From positions 768,001 to 832,000 of the forward strand of contig CAVZQC010000004.1 in assembly GCA_963777315.1 (NCBI GenBank): a stretch of DNA of 64,000 nt, read 5' to 3'. A program made the position numbers and the translations under genes. This DNA comes from Vulcanimicrobiota bacterium. Its GTDB lineage: Bacteria; Vulcanimicrobiota; Vulcanimicrobiia; Vulcanimicrobiales; Vulcanimicrobiaceae. Shown here in pieces: positions 37,507 to 47,317 of the stretch (its first letter is position 1; each line of letters starts with the position of its first letter). The notes beneath the pieces are model-generated. The model was not told the DNA's origin, made no database searches, and worked only from the letters and a program-made list of their open reading frames with translations.

Positions 37507-38523
37507 CTACCCCCCGATTTCGCTGAACGCGAGCATCCGCGAGGACGCCTCACCGACCTCCAGGTGGTGGCGTTCGGGCTTGACCAGCATCGACGCGCGA
37601 AAAATGCGGGCGATCTCTGCGGTCGAAGCACCCTCCCGCACAGGCGTGCGCAGATCGATTTCGTTATCGCCGAACAGGCACAGGCGCAGCCGGCCGTCGG
37701 CCGTGAGCCGTACCCGATTGCAGCGCTCGCAGTAGTCGTGCGACAGCGGGCTGATGACGCCCACGGCGCCCGGAGCGCCGTCGAATGCGTAGTACCGCGC
37801 CGGGCCGTTGCCGCCCGGGCCCTTGACGGCACGCAGATCGCCGATCGCGCGCACGCGTTCCAATATCTCGTCCGAACCGATGTAGGCGTCGCGCTGCACC
37901 TGCAAGTTTTCGTGTACCGGCATCACCTCGATGAAACGCACGTACACCGCGGCGTGCTTGGTCCATTGCGCGAAATCCGCAATCTCGTCGTCGTTCTTGC
38001 CGCGCATGACCACGCAGTTGATCTTCACCGGCGCAAGCCCGGCTGCAGTGCAGGCCTCGATCGCCGCCAGCACGCGATCCAACCCCGGACGCCGAGCCAG
38101 TTCCGCAAAGCGCTCGGGCCGCAGCGTGTCGAGCGACACGTTGACCCGCTGCAAACCCGCCGACCTCAATCGATCGAGCTGTTCGGCCAGCAGCAAGCCG
38201 TTGGTGGAAAGCGACACGTCGCGAATGCCCGGCGTGCGCGCGATGACGCCGACGAGCCGATCGAGATTTTTGCGAACCAGCGGTTCGCCGCCGGAAATCC
38301 GCACGCCGTTCACGCCTACTGCGGCGGCGGCCTCGACGATGCAGCCGATCTCCTCATAGGCGAGAATATCGCTCTTGGGCAGCCATGGCAGGCCGCGCTC
38401 GGGCATGCAATAAATGCAGCGCAGATTGCACTTGTCGGTCACCGAGACGCGAAGGTAGGTCACCGGCCGATCGAATTGATCGGTCAGAAGCGTCCGCGTC
38501 AGATCTATCGTTGCGCCGGCCAT
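37507..38523 (-). CDS. moaA: GTP 3',8-cyclase MoaA
   Basis: YLRVSVTDKCNLRCIYCM, CERCNRVRLTADG..LCL, C-terminal EIGG. Confidence 0.97.
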   Translation of the reverse strand: MAGATIDLTRTLLTDQFDRPVTYLRVSVTDKCNLRCIYCMPERGLPWLPKSDILAYEEIGCIVEAAAAVGVNGVRISGGEPLVRKNLDRLVGVIARTPGIRDVSLSTNGLLLAEQLDRLRSAGLQRVNVSLDTLRPERFAELARRPGLDRVLAAIEACTAAGLAPVKINCVVMRGKNDDEIADFAQWTKHAAVYVRFIEVMPVHENLQVQRDAYIGSDEILERVRAIGDLRAVKGPGGNGPARYYAFDGAPGAVGVISPLSHDYCERCNRVRLTADGRLRLCLFGDNEIDLRTPVREGASTAEIARIFRASMLVKPERHHLEVGEASSRMLAFSEIGG

Positions 38524-38563
38524 ACCGATCTTGTTTACCCCGCGCAGCGGGATTCCTAGGCCG

Positions 38564-39217
38564 CTAACTCGTCGCGAACACGCTGTCGGGAATGTTCGCG
38601 TTGATCTTGAAGCCGCTGAACGTCGATTTCAGATCCGCGGTGTAGTGGGGCACCTCGACGTGCCCCGTTTGCTCGGTAACGAGCTCGTGGCCTTGGATGT
38701 TGCCGTAACTTTGGTCGAGCGTGGCATAGCCGCCGTCATTGTAATTCCAGCGCAGGGAAACGAGCTCCGCGGTTTTGTCGTCGATCTTCGCATCGATGTG
38801 GTCGATGCGCCCGTGCTTGCGCGGAACCAGTTTGAGCGCAGTGAAGCCGCCGGCGTCGCTCTCGGTCGATATTTGGTAGATTTGGGTCCATCGCGACGGG
38901 CTTTCCACTTCCGGGTACACCTTGCTGAACTGCTTGGCGATGAACGGCAAACCGCTGGTAAAGACGATCTTGTTGCGGCTGGGCTCTTTGTGGTAGAACG
39001 TTCCGTCCAGGGACGGGCTCAAGAACGGAAACGTGCGCAGCGCGATGTCGGCGTGCACGCTGGCGGTGTAGCTCCTCACCCCGTCGGTGCTCGCAATGAG
39101 CCGCTGCAGCACGGCCGAAGAGGAGGGCGACATCTGCGCTCCCGCACTCTGCACGGCCGTCAAAGCAAACGAGCACAGCGCGGCGCACGCCGTCAGATTA
39201 CGAACCAGTCGCTTCAT
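38564..39217 (-). CDS. Secreted protein, possible LolA-like fold
   Basis: Signal peptide; GTFYHKEPSRNKI, LKLVPR..IDAKIDDKT resemble the LolA superfamily. Confidence 0.55.
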   Translation of the reverse strand: MKRLVRNLTACAALCSFALTAVQSAGAQMSPSSSAVLQRLIASTDGVRSYTASVHADIALRTFPFLSPSLDGTFYHKEPSRNKIVFTSGLPFIAKQFSKVYPEVESPSRWTQIYQISTESDAGGFTALKLVPRKHGRIDHIDAKIDDKTAELVSLRWNYNDGGYATLDQSYGNIQGHELVTEQTGHVEVPHYTADLKSTFSGFKINANIPDSVFATS

Positions 39218-40380
39218 GCACCCTGTAACGCACTTGCGCGAATGAAGGGTTCCAGCGCGCGGCGGATCTCCATACGCGCGCTGCCGTCGGTTTCGCGGTG
39301 CAGGCGTTCACGCAAGGCTGCGATCGCCCGCGGAGCGCCGATATGGCCGAGCGCCCACGCGGCGTGGCCGCGTACCATCGGATGCGGATCCTCGGCAAGC
39401 GCGCGAGCGAGCGGCGCTACGGCGGCACGATCGAGCGAGTTTCCCAGCGCAACGGCCGCATTGCGCCGCAGCACCGCCGCGCCGCGCCAACCCATCCCCG
39501 TGCGCCGATACGTTCGCTTGAACTCCGCGCTGCGCAGCCTAAGCAGTTCGGGTAAAGACGGCGCCTGCGCGGCCGCCGCTGCAGGCAGGTTGGCGTCGCC
39601 GCCGGATACCGACGTGCGCGCGTTCGGCGGGCAGGACGTTTGGCACACGTCGCATCCCCACACCCACTGACCGATGAGCGCGCGCATGTGCACCGGAATG
39701 GAGTCCGTGCGCTGAGTGAGATCGGAAATGCAGCGCGTCGCATCGATCGTGTAGTCGCCGCGGAGCGCGCCGGTCGGACAGGCGGCAATGCATTGCCTGC
39801 ACGATCCGCACGTTTTGCGCAGCGGCGGATCGCACGGCAGCGGCAGCGTCGTCACGATTTCGCCCAAGAATACGAAGGAGCCGGCTTGCGGCGCGATGAG
39901 ATTGGTGTGCTTTCCGATCCATCCCAGGCCCGCGCGGGCGGCGAATGCGCGTTCGGCAAGCGGTTTGGTGTCGCATGCTACGGCGGTGACCGCAGATCCC
40001 GCGGCGCAGTCGATGACCGCGGCGACCGCGTGCAGCAGCGCTTTGAGGCGATGATGATAATCCTGCGACCAGGCGTAGTTCGACACGCGTCCGGTCAGCG
40101 CAAGCTGCGAAGGAGCCGGCGTGCGGTACGGGACGGCAATGCAGATGACTGCTTGCGCGCCCGCCAGCAGCGTCTGCGGATCGGCGGCCGCCCGCGCGTA
40201 CTGCTCGTCGTAGGGCCAAGTCGAAAAATCGGCTCGCGCAAACGCGCGCCTCATCGCGTCCTGCGTGGGCATGTCCTTTCGAGCATCGGCTACGCGCACG
40301 CCGACCGCGCCCAGCGCAATGGCTTGGGTTCTTGCGCAGCGCTTTATCGCTTCGAGCTCAGAGCGTTGCCAGCGGTCCAT
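39214..40380 (-). CDS. queG: tRNA epoxyqueuosine reductase
   Basis: SNYAWSQDYH, AGLGWIGKH, CGSCRQCIAACPTGA, WGCDVCQTSCP, C-terminal HEAT repeats. Confidence 0.95.
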   Translation of the reverse strand: MDRWQRSELEAIKRCARTQAIALGAVGVRVADARKDMPTQDAMRRAFARADFSTWPYDEQYARAAADPQTLLAGAQAVICIAVPYRTPAPSQLALTGRVSNYAWSQDYHHRLKALLHAVAAVIDCAAGSAVTAVACDTKPLAERAFAARAGLGWIGKHTNLIAPQAGSFVFLGEIVTTLPLPCDPPLRKTCGSCRQCIAACPTGALRGDYTIDATRCISDLTQRTDSIPVHMRALIGQWVWGCDVCQTSCPPNARTSVSGGDANLPAAAAAQAPSLPELLRLRSAEFKRTYRRTGMGWRGAAVLRRNAAVALGNSLDRAAVAPLARALAEDPHPMVRGHAAWALGHIGAPRAIAALRERLHRETDGSARMEIRRALEPFIRASALQGA

Positions 40381-41206
40381 CCTGCACCCTAAATGCCGCA
40401 TCGATTGCCGCAACGTCCTGCTCGTCAAGCGTAAAATTCCATGCGGCGGCGTTGTCCTCGACGTGCTGCACGCGCGATGCTTTCGGGATCGCGAACGCGT
40501 TTGAATCGCGCGTGAGAAAATTCAAGATCACCGCGCGCACCGTTGCCGCATGTTTTGCGGCAATGCGACCGAGGACGCCCTCGGGCTTGGCCTGTTCGCG
40601 GGGAAAACGCGACCGGCCAAAGGGCGTGTATCCGACGACGGCGATGCCGTTCTGCGCGCAATACGGCATCAGGCGCGCCTGCGCGGTGCGCTCGTTGAGA
40701 TGGTAGAGCACCTGATCGCATGCGAGCCGAACGTCACGCAGATGCCCGGCAGCGCGGGCAAGCTCGTCCACGTCGAAGTTGCTCACGCCGATAAAGCGCG
40801 CTTTGCCCGTCCGCACCAGCTCTTCCAGCGCGCGCATCGTCTCTTCGAGCGGATGCGACCCCGGCCAGTGCAGCAGATACAGATCGACGTAATCGGTGCG
40901 AAGGCGGCGCAGCGAACGCTCGCAGGCCGCTATCGTCCCCTTGTGCGATGCGTTCCCCGGCAGCACTTTGGTCGTGAGAAACAACCGCTCCCGCGGCACG
41001 CCCGCGATCGCATCGCCGACGATTTCCTCCACTCGGCCGGCGCCGTACATCTCGGCGGTGTCGATGTGCGTCAGGCCCAGATCGATGCCGCGAAGCAGCG
41101 CGTGCACCGCTTCCTGGCGCCCGGGACCGCTTTCCGGAATGTCCCACGTACCTTGACCGATCGCGGGTACCTCGATCCCGGTGCAGCCGAAAAGTTTGCG
41201 GATCAC
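40358..41206 (-). CDS. Aldo/keto reductase
   Basis: IGQGTW, HIDTAEMYG, DLYLLHWP, IGVSNF, AIPKAS. Confidence 0.93.
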   Translation of the reverse strand: MIRKLFGCTGIEVPAIGQGTWDIPESGPGRQEAVHALLRGIDLGLTHIDTAEMYGAGRVEEIVGDAIAGVPRERLFLTTKVLPGNASHKGTIAACERSLRRLRTDYVDLYLLHWPGSHPLEETMRALEELVRTGKARFIGVSNFDVDELARAAGHLRDVRLACDQVLYHLNERTAQARLMPYCAQNGIAVVGYTPFGRSRFPREQAKPEGVLGRIAAKHAATVRAVILNFLTRDSNAFAIPKASRVQHVEDNAAAWNFTLDEQDVAAIDAAFRVQDGPLATL

Positions 41207-41715
41207 AATCGCGCATCCTTAGAAGAAAGAACGGGCTGCCGTCCGTCGAGCGGCCATTCGATCGCCAAAGCCGGATCGTCCCACGCGATTCCGCGCTCGT
41301 GCGCCGGATCGTACGGCGCGGTCTGTTTGTAGAGAACCGTCGCAAAGTCGCTGAGCACGTAGAAACCGTGCGCGAAGCCGGCCGGAATGTACACTTGGCG
41401 GTGATTGTCTTGCGTGAGTTCGACGGCGTCCCAGCGTCCCGCAGTCGGTGAACCGGCGCGCACGTCGGCCACGACGTCGTAAATCGCGCCTTCCAAGCAT
41501 TGCACCAGCTTAGCCATGCGCAGATCGTAGTGCATACCGCGCAGCACGCCTTTTCGCGAACGGGAAACGTTGTCCTGAACGAACGGCTGCGTGATGCCGA
41601 GCGTCTCGTATTTGGCCCGCGCGAACACTTCTTTGAAAAATCCCCGATCGTCCGCATGCACCTGCGGAACGACGACGATCACCTCCGGAAATTTGGTCGC
41701 AAGCGTGGCGAGCAT
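41203..41715 (-). CDS. rfbC: dTDP-4-dehydrorhamnose 3,5-epimerase
   Basis: DDRGFFKE, FVQDNVSRS..GVLRGMH, IPAGFAHGF, WDDP, LSSKD. Confidence 0.93.
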   Translation of the reverse strand: MLATLATKFPEVIVVVPQVHADDRGFFKEVFARAKYETLGITQPFVQDNVSRSRKGVLRGMHYDLRMAKLVQCLEGAIYDVVADVRAGSPTAGRWDAVELTQDNHRQVYIPAGFAHGFYVLSDFATVLYKQTAPYDPAHERGIAWDDPALAIEWPLDGRQPVLSSKDARL

Positions 41716-41728
41716 GCCGGCGCGTTCG

Positions 41729-42823
41729 CTAAAATATCTCAAAATCCGCGTGTGCCGCCGCGTACGCAAGAAGTCCCCCGCGCAAATGGCGGATGCGCGT
41801 GAACCCCGCGTCGCGCAGCAGCTGCGCGGCCCAGAGCGACTTTTGACCGACTCTGCACGCGACGACGTAGCGCTGTGCCGAGTCGAGTTCGTGCATGCGC
41901 GCGGGCAATTGGGAGGCCGGTACGTGAAGCGCTCGATGGGGCACGCCCAGCGCTGCCTCGTGCGGCTCGCGTACGTCCAGCAGCGTTGCATCCCGCAACG
42001 CCGCGTCGAGATCGGATGCTTCCACTTCGTCGACGTCCGTCTGCGCCGGCTCGTCCTCGCAAACCTGGACGTCCGCGATCGCGGGGCGGGTACCGCACAG
42101 AGCGCATGCCGGATCGCGTTCGACCGCGATCTCTCGCACGTGGGCATCCAACGCGTCGACCAGGAGCAGACGTCCGATCAGCGGCTCGCCGATGCGAAGC
42201 ACCAGTTTGAGCGCCTCGGCCGCCTGCAGCGTTCCCACGATGCCGGCAAGAACGCCGAGCACGCCGCCTTCCGCGCAAGTCGGTACGCTTCCGGCGGGCG
42301 GCGCTTGGGGAAACAGACATCGGTAGCACGGGCCGCGATCGCGCCAAAAAACGCTCACCTGGCCGTCGAAGCGGAAGATCGAACCGTAAACGTCGGGCTT
42401 GCCTTCCAGCGCGCACGCGTCGTTGATGAGGTAGCGCGTCGCAAACCGATCCGTGCAGTCGACGACGACGTCGTATAAGCGAACGAGTTCGCGGGCATTG
42501 GCTGCATCCAACCGCACCCCAATCGGATCTGCCGCCACCAGCGGATTGATTTCCATCACGTGCCGAGCTGCCAGCTGCGCTTTCGATTGACCGATTTGCG
42601 CCGTCGTGAAAATGGTCTGACGCTGCAGATTGCTTTCGTCCACGACGTCGTCGTCGACGATGCCGATCCGCCCGACGCCTGCGGCCGCCAAATACTGCAG
42701 AACGGGCGACCCCAGCCCGCCCGCGCCCACGCACAGCACGCGCGAGCCCGACAGGCGCTCCTGCCCCTCCACTCCTACTTCCGGAATGAGCAGATGCCGG
42801 CTGTAGCGGCGCAGTCCGCGCAT
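41729..42823 (-). CDS. moeB: Molybdopterin-synthase adenylyltransferase with rhodanese domain (MoeB/MoeZ)
   Basis: RYSRHLLIPEVG, GAGGLG, SNLQRQ, CYRC, CALC, rhodanese CRVGQKS. Confidence 0.92.
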   Translation of the reverse strand: MRGLRRYSRHLLIPEVGVEGQERLSGSRVLCVGAGGLGSPVLQYLAAAGVGRIGIVDDDVVDESNLQRQTIFTTAQIGQSKAQLAARHVMEINPLVAADPIGVRLDAANARELVRLYDVVVDCTDRFATRYLINDACALEGKPDVYGSIFRFDGQVSVFWRDRGPCYRCLFPQAPPAGSVPTCAEGGVLGVLAGIVGTLQAAEALKLVLRIGEPLIGRLLLVDALDAHVREIAVERDPACALCGTRPAIADVQVCEDEPAQTDVDEVEASDLDAALRDATLLDVREPHEAALGVPHRALHVPASQLPARMHELDSAQRYVVACRVGQKSLWAAQLLRDAGFTRIRHLRGGLLAYAAAHADFEIF

Positions 42824-43554
42824 CAGCGGGGATGCAACGCGTTCAGCCATTGCAGCACTTCGCTGCGGGCGTTCTCCCCGGCGCGCGTGTGATCGCTGTG
42901 GATCGCGACAAGCGTTTTGGGTTCGCTCGCATTGCGATACAGTTCTTCGACGCTGCGCGCGCTGACCATCGCATCCCGATCGGCGGCCACGTACAGCTGC
43001 GGACGCCCTGCCAAGCGCGGAAGCGCCTGCGCAAAGCGCTCATCCGCCCCGCGTACTAGATCGGGCAGCGCGAGCCCATCGACGTACGAGGAACGAAAGT
43101 CGACGGCGCCTTTGCCCGCCAGCGCTTGCATCGCACTGGGCCTGCCGTAGCCGGTCGCAATGGCGACGGTGCCCGCGATACTTGGATCGTCGGCTGCCGC
43201 GAAGAGCGCCGCCATCGCGCCCATGCTGTGCCCCATCGTGTATATCGGCCCCTCGGACCGCTCGCGAACGTGCCTTATCGCGGCACGCATGGCATCGAGC
43301 AAATCTTCAACGCCGTTCAAGCGTCCGCCGCTTGCGCCCAGCTTGTGACCGGGAAAGTCCAGGCTGAACACGCCGTAACCGTGCGCGGCTAAAAAACCGC
43401 ACAGAAAATCGAGATTGTGTTTGGAACTGGAGTAACCGTGCCCGGCGACGATCCGCACGTTGCGCGTGCGCCGCGGCTCGTATTCGAGAACGGCAATTTC
43501 GCTGTTCCGGCTGCGGACGCGCAGCAGGTCGACGTTCACGCGTTCGAGATCCAC
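42823..43554 (-). CDS. Alpha/beta hydrolase
   Basis: HGYSSS, DFPGH, GHSMG nucleophile elbow, D-AMV and DH catalytic residues. Confidence 0.85.
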   Translation of the reverse strand: MDLERVNVDLLRVRSRNSEIAVLEYEPRRTRNVRIVAGHGYSSSKHNLDFLCGFLAAHGYGVFSLDFPGHKLGASGGRLNGVEDLLDAMRAAIRHVRERSEGPIYTMGHSMGAMAALFAAADDPSIAGTVAIATGYGRPSAMQALAGKGAVDFRSSYVDGLALPDLVRGADERFAQALPRLAGRPQLYVAADRDAMVSARSVEELYRNASEPKTLVAIHSDHTRAGENARSEVLQWLNALHPR

Positions 43555-43952
43555 CGGCCGGAGCCGTCGGCGTACCGCTCCTGTTTCCAGATCGGCGCGT
43601 GCGCTTTCAACTCGTCGACGGCGTATCGGCAAACGTCGAACGCGCGTGCGCGATGAACCGCCGCGACGGCAACCGCGACCGCCACTTCTCCGACTTCGAG
43701 ATCGCCGATTCGGTGAACCATCGCGATTTCACATGCTCCGAACCGTTCTCGCGCTCGCGCGGCAATACGCCCGAATTCGTCCACGGCCATCGCTTCGTGC
43801 GCTTCGTACCGCAATCCGTGCACCGCGCGGCCGTCGTCCGAACGTTCCCGAACCACCCCCGTAAAGGTTACGACGGCGCCGCATTCGTCCGTGCGAACCG
43901 AGCGCGCCAAAGCAGCCACGTCGACGGCCTCGGGAACGACTGCGAACTTCAT
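43536..43952 (-). CDS. moaE: Molybdopterin synthase catalytic subunit
   Basis: GAVVTFTGVVR, LRYEAH, HRIGDL, ELKAHAPIWKQE. Confidence 0.95.
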   Translation of the reverse strand: MKFAVVPEAVDVAALARSVRTDECGAVVTFTGVVRERSDDGRAVHGLRYEAHEAMAVDEFGRIAARARERFGACEIAMVHRIGDLEVGEVAVAVAVAAVHRARAFDVCRYAVDELKAHAPIWKQERYADGSGRWISNA

Positions 43953-44194
43953 CCGCCGCCCACCGGCGGCAGCAACGCCACCTCGTCGCCTTCGCGGAGT
44001 GGTTCGGCGGGCGTTACGATGCGCCCGTTGCGGGCGATGCGCGTGGATTCGCGCAATTCGCGCAGCACGGGAAAACGATCCTCGAGCGCGTCCCAAGCCT
44101 CGCCCGCCGTAGCGTCCTGCCGTAAATCGATATCGGCCGCGGGCGCGCCCAGCACTTCGCGCAGCCGCGCAAAAGCCAGCACGCGCACTCGCAC
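43949..44194 (-). CDS. moaD: Molybdopterin synthase sulfur carrier
   Basis: VLAFARLRE, GDEVALLPPVGGG C-terminal di-Gly. Confidence 0.93.
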   Translation of the reverse strand: MRVRVLAFARLREVLGAPAADIDLRQDATAGEAWDALEDRFPVLRELRESTRIARNGRIVTPAEPLREGDEVALLPPVGGG

Positions 44195-44198
44195 GCTG

Positions 44199-44453
44199 CT
44201 AATACCCTGCGAGATCCGCCGAGTAGCCGCGCTCGGCAAGCCACGCGCGCGAATCGTCGTGCATCGGCAGCGAATCGATCCGGTTGCAGATCAATTTGTG
44301 CATCAGCACTTCCCAGAATTCGCGATCCTTCTCGTAGACGTCGTCGGGAACGCGGTTGTGTTCGCGCGTAAACTCGCGCAGCGCTTGCCAGTCGTGCTCG
44401 TGAAGAATGGCCCGCAACTGCGCTTCATACTCAGGCGAGGGCGCGTTTTCCAT
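44199..44453 (-). CDS. Hypothetical 84-aa protein
   Basis: MENAPSPEY.. start overlaps the upstream TAA (TAATG); helical, charged. Confidence 0.65.
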   Translation of the reverse strand: MENAPSPEYEAQLRAILHEHDWQALREFTREHNRVPDDVYEKDREFWEVLMHKLICNRIDSLPMHDDSRAWLAERGYSADLAGY

Positions 44454-45268
44454 TAGGCCGGTTTCTTGTGAACTCGTGCCGGGCCAAGCGCAAACCGTTC
44501 GATCGCCGCCGCAACGCCGTCTTCGTCGTTCGTTCCGGTCACGTAACGTACCGCCTGCCGTACTTCGGGCAGTGCATTCCCCATCGCTACGCCCATACCC
44601 GACCAGCGCAGCATCGGAACGTCGTTGCGCGAATCCCCTACGGAAAGGACCCGTTCCGAAACGATCTGGAAGTCCGCGCACAAGCGCGCGAGCGCGTGCT
44701 GCTTGGTGGCATCGCGGTTGGTCACCGCGCACTCGGTGAAATCCATCCACGACTCGTGTTTGAAATGCAGCGGCAAATCGCCGAATTCGCGCTCCATCGC
44801 TTGAACCGAATCCGCTCCCAGGAAACGGATGAACGTCGGCGCCGCGCGCATGACGTCGGCGAAGCTCTTGACCTCGCGCCAGGCCGGTCCCCGCATGTCG
44901 TCCATGTAGAGCTTCTCGCCTTCGAGCCGGTAGAACGATTCCTGCGCATACAGCGCTATCGAAAGGCCTTTGCGCTCGGCGAACTCGACCATCGGCTTGG
45001 CGTACTGAAGCGGTACGGGAACGTGCCCCAGCGTCTTATTGGCCAGAAAATCTTTGGTCAGCGCGCCGTGGCAGCAAATGATGGGCAGATTGAGCCCGAG
45101 TTCTTTGCTGATTCGAATGGGCGTGTCGACGCCGCGCCCCGTCACCAGCACGATGCGGATGCCCGCATCCAACGCGCTGCGGATCGCGCGGCGGTTGCGT
45201 GACGAGACCTCCTGCCGCGAGTCGAGCAGCGTTCCATCCAAATCGAGCGCAATCAAGTCGAACCGCAT
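44453..45268 (-). CDS. Cof-type HAD-IIB hydrolase
   Basis: LIALDLDGTLL, VTGR, GDSRNDVPM..GVAMGNA, NDEDGVA. Confidence 0.93.
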   Translation of the reverse strand: MRFDLIALDLDGTLLDSRQEVSSRNRRAIRSALDAGIRIVLVTGRGVDTPIRISKELGLNLPIICCHGALTKDFLANKTLGHVPVPLQYAKPMVEFAERKGLSIALYAQESFYRLEGEKLYMDDMRGPAWREVKSFADVMRAAPTFIRFLGADSVQAMEREFGDLPLHFKHESWMDFTECAVTNRDATKQHALARLCADFQIVSERVLSVGDSRNDVPMLRWSGMGVAMGNALPEVRQAVRYVTGTNDEDGVAAAIERFALGPARVHKKPA

Positions 45269-45358
45269 CGAGTTAATCCTATACCGTCTGTCAATTGAAC
45301 TCTTCGGACCATTGTCCGAGCATGGAGTCGAAAGCCGTTCGAGAAACGTTACCTTTAC

Positions 45359-45748
45359 ATGGAACGTCCCGCGGTTCTGGCAACCGCCTTGGCACTGGCG
45401 CTGGGCGGTTCGGCATCGGCGCAGCCCGGCCGCTGCACGCACGAAACGCTGGTCGTTCGCGGCACGCCGGTCACCGCTGCCTACTGCGTGAGCGCGGCCG
45501 GGAGCGGAACGCCCGGGCGCGACCTGCCGGTTCGCGTGCAAGAGACGTATTCCACCCCGCGAGCCTCCTTCAGTCAAGAGGCCACGCTTCGATTCATCGC
45601 GGGCGAGCAAGCCTCGCGCGTCATCGAAGACGTCGCCTTGAGCCGGCTGGGCATCGAGGGCACGCTTCACCTTACGCTGCTGCTTCATCGCGGCTTGGTG
45701 CACGTCGAGGGCGCCATGCTCACTCCCGGCGCCATCACGATAAAATAG
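45359..45748 (+). CDS. Hypothetical secreted protein
   Basis: Signal peptide VLATALALALGGSASA; beta-rich, two Cys. Confidence 0.7.
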   Translation: MERPAVLATALALALGGSASAQPGRCTHETLVVRGTPVTAAYCVSAAGSGTPGRDLPVRVQETYSTPRASFSQEATLRFIAGEQASRVIEDVALSRLGIEGTLHLTLLLHRGLVHVEGAMLTPGAITIK

Positions 45749-45880
45749 GGGCCCAGCCGGCTGTTCTGCAACCCAAGCCCGATTTTGGGTATTCTGAAAC
45801 TCTGATGCGGCGGCGCTACATTGCATTCAACATGTTCAAGATTCCGGACGGCGCTCCACGCCGGCGAATTGAGGCCTTTC

Positions 45881-47317
45881 ATGGCCTGTAAGGCATTCGC
45901 ACCGAATCTCACGGCTCGCGACCACGCGCACTTTCTTTACGACGCGATCCCGCCCGGTCTTTTCAAAGTAGAGACTCAGGACGAGCGAATCGCCTGGCGC
46001 ATCAGTCCCGAGCCGTTTGCGTTGTCCGCCGCCGCACTCGAGCAAATAGAACAAATCGGGCAGGACCTGTTGCGCTTTTATCGCGGCCTCAACGCGCTGT
46101 ACAACCGCAGCGCCCGCGGATCGGCGCCCGGATTCATCGCCGAATATCTGGATCAGGGAAAACCCGAGCACATCGTGCGGCTTGCGCGCCAGCACCGATT
46201 CAAACAAGAGATTCCGGGCGTCATTCGGCCGGATTTGATCCTGACGGAAAATGGTTTCGCCGCAAGCGAGCTCGACAGCGTCCCGGGCGGCATGGGCTTT
46301 TTGGGAGCCATGGCGGAAACGTACTGCAAGCTGGGCATGGAAAGCGTCGGCGGAGCGCACGGCATTCCCGCAGCTTTTGCCCGCATGCTGGCCGCTTTCA
46401 CGGGGAAAAAACATCCCGTCGTAGCCATCGTCGTCTCGGACGAATCCGGCGACTACCGGCCCGAAATGCAGTGGCTGGGCGATGCACTGCGGCGCTTGGA
46501 CTTAGTGACGGCGCACGTGTGCCTACCGCAAGACGTGATGTTTTCCGAAGATGCGCTGTTCGTGCGCTTGGAAGCCGGACGCGAAGAAAAGATCGATGCG
46601 ATCTACCGCAATTTCGAGTTGTTCGACTTGATGAACGTTCCCAAGCAAGAGCTGATGCTGTATGCGGCGCGGCACAACCGCGTGAAGATGACGCCGCCGC
46701 CCAAAGCGCATTTGGAGGAAAAACTCGCATTCGCGCTCTTTCACAATCCGGCACTCGAAAAGCTCTGGCAAGCCGAAATCGGTCAAGACGCCTACGTACG
46801 GCTCAAAGGGCTTTTTCCCCAAACGTGGATCGTCGATCCTCGCCCCATTCCGCCTCAGGCGTTCATCGAGGGCCTGCAAGCCGCCGGAGCGCCGGTGAAC
46901 GGCTGGATGCAGCTGGCGGATCTGGGCAAGAGCGAACGCGATTACGTCATCAAACCATCGGGTTTTTCCGAGCTGGCGTGGGGTTCTCGCGGCGTGCGCG
47001 TCGCCAACGATCTGCCGAAGGAAGAATGGAGCGCGACGATTGCCGAGGCGATGCGCGATTATGCCAAGACGCCGCGCATCCTGCAGCGGTTTCATAAGGG
47101 CAAACGCGTTCGTCAAACGTACTTCGATCGAAAAGCCGAAGAGGTGCGCAGCTTCGAGGGCCGCGTGCGCCTCTGCCCGTATTTTTTCGTGACGGGCGCG
47201 GCCGCAGAAACGGTCGAACTGGGCGGCATTTTGGCCACCGTCGCGCCTGCCGACAAGCGGCTGATCCACGGAATGACGGACGCCGTGATGGCGCCGTGTT
47301 ACGTCAAACCCGCTTGA
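45881..47317 (+). CDS. Circularly permuted ATP-grasp amide ligase (glutathionylspermidine-synthase-like)
   Basis: IRPDLIL..ASELDSVPGG, IYRNFE, YVIKPSG..WGSRGV, ILQRF, RVRLCPY. Confidence 0.7.
   Translation: MACKAFAPNLTARDHAHFLYDAIPPGLFKVETQDERIAWRISPEPFALSAAALEQIEQIGQDLLRFYRGLNALYNRSARGSAPGFIAEYLDQGKPEHIVRLARQHRFKQEIPGVIRPDLILTENGFAASELDSVPGGMGFLGAMAETYCKLGMESVGGAHGIPAAFARMLAAFTGKKHPVVAIVVSDESGDYRPEMQWLGDALRRLDLVTAHVCLPQDVMFSEDALFVRLEAGREEKIDAIYRNFELFDLMNVPKQELMLYAARHNRVKMTPPPKAHLEEKLAFALFHNPALEKLWQAEIGQDAYVRLKGLFPQTWIVDPRPIPPQAFIEGLQAAGAPVNGWMQLADLGKSERDYVIKPSGFSELAWGSRGVRVANDLPKEEWSATIAEAMRDYAKTPRILQRFHKGKRVRQTYFDRKAEEVRSFEGRVRLCPYFFVTGAAAETVELGGILATVAPADKRLIHGMTDAVMAPCYVKPA

Noticed and set aside
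45749..45880. RiPP precursor upstream of the ATP-grasp ligase
   Set aside because: No short ORF with a convincing RBS or leader/core pattern
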